This document shows, piece after piece, positions 63,605 to 64,000 of a stretch of 64,000 nt of DNA (position 1 is its first letter; each line of letters starts with the position of its first letter). Origin of the DNA: an uncultured Candidatus Saccharibacteria bacterium (GTDB taxonomy: Bacteria > Patescibacteriota > Minisyncoccia > UBA6257 > GWB1-50-10); NCBI GenBank assembly GCA_964356375.1, contig CAYHGT010000002.1:7056-71055 (forward strand), read 5' to 3'. The notes below the pieces were generated by a model that was not told the DNA's origin, ran no database searches, and saw only the letters and a list, made by a program, of their open reading frames with translations. A program made the position numbers and the translations under genes.

Positions 63605-63698
63605 GTCCGTTGTGCGTCAGAATCGTTCTGACGCACAACGGACGCTATCTTTTGCGACAGGACCAGACCCAACAGGCATAGTCCTGTCGCAAAAGATA
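63605..63698. repeat. two adjacent perfect long palindromes sharing a TTGTGCG(A/T)CAG core
   Basis: H1: GTCCGTTGTGCGTCAGA-atcgt-TCTGACGCACAACGGAC, 17-bp arms, 63605-63643. H2: TATCTTTTGCGACAGGAC-17 nt-GTCCTGTCGCAAAAGATA, 18-bp arms, 63646-63698. A third copy TATTGTGCGACAGGTACAAT lies at 63699-63718. Confidence 0.85.
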
Positions 63699-63794
63699 TA
63701 TTGTGCGACAGGTACAATCTCTTCTAATACCACCTAAACCTCACCTACCCCCACACTTCTCTCCCTATAAACAGGTAGGCCGGGAATTGCGTGT

Positions 63795-63824
63795 GTATCG
63801 CCACATGTGGCGATTATTTTTTAT
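63795..63824 (+). terminator. rho-independent terminator
   Basis: ATCGCCACA-TGTGGCGAT followed by TATTTTTTA. Confidence 0.7.
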
Positions 63825-64000
63825 TCCGTACAAAAACTTCTCGCAATATATTTTCACGAATTATTTTTCAATTTGTTTTTATCAGATTTGCCATATCACA
63901 CCGAATACACATATTCCCCCACTTATGCAATTTTGGGTCAATCTGCCATCTGAGCCGATTTACTGGTATCATACGAAATACACATATGGATGATTTCAAA

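Noticed and set aside
63703-63993. A 96-aa ORF at the 3' end of the window.
   Set aside because: It starts inside the third copy of the palindromic repeat and runs across the pyrimidine-rich tract and an intrinsic terminator. Its Pro/His-rich composition is consistent with a translated CT-rich non-coding region.

Overview
This 64-kb window appears to come from a small-genome, monoderm-like bacterium of the Candidate Phyla Radiation (Patescibacteria) type. That placement is inference from sequence features, not a database hit: the spc cluster goes rpsE directly to rplO with no rpmD (L30), L3 is compacted, S14 and L28 are zinc-ribbon types, a type IV pilin-like adhesin is present, and nucleotide-salvage genes sit where biosynthetic ones are absent. 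Gene order on the + strand: nusA, a pilin-LamG fusion, aspS, ndk, tRNA-Pro(GGG); rpmB and an S/T-rich membrane protein on the - strand; an M50 protease; then the str cluster rpsL-rpsG-fusA. The fusA-tuf junction is interrupted by four orphan genes. tuf and rpsJ follow, then a 218-nt structured spacer and a contiguous S10/spc block rplC-rplD-rplW-rplB-rpsS-rplV-rpsC-rplP-rpmC-rpsQ-rplN-(gap)-rplX-rplE-rpsZ-rpsH-rplF-rplR-rpsE-rplO-secY. After secY the canonical adk/map/infA/rpoA tail is replaced by a VKOR-like protein, DoxX and an unannotated Cys-rich 55-aa ORF. Then come hisS, a Dus, an RsuA-family pseudouridine synthase, a DUF378 protein, an orphan ClpP-like protein, a DEAD-box helicase and an ABC-F ATPase (-). 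Next are a secreted SNase-like nuclease, a P-loop nucleotide kinase and a peroxiredoxin (all -), followed by a three-gene flavin module (FMN_bind protein, ApbE, membrane FNR-like NAD-binding protein; all -) and a PNPOx-like protein. An exopolysaccharide locus (CE4 deacetylase, processive GT2, tandem-repeat secreted protein; -) is followed by a cupredoxin, an NMO-family oxidoreductase, an HI0933 flavoprotein, a small S4-domain protein and a sortase fused to a peptidoglycan-binding domain. The last part holds an NDT-like/histidine-phosphatase pair (-), tRNA-Gln(UUG) (-), dnaX (-), a PEBP protein, a putative toxin/XRE-HTH pair with iteron-like repeats, ychF, scpA-scpB, and a cell-wall block dacA-like/mraY/amidohydrolase (in murD position)/ftsW/murG, then gltX and an M23 peptidase. 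It ends in a structured non-coding region with two perfect 17-18-bp palindromes. Most genes are flanked by recognisable intrinsic terminators, and several have near-consensus sigma70-like promoters. No CRISPR array, transposase, integrase or rRNA was found.
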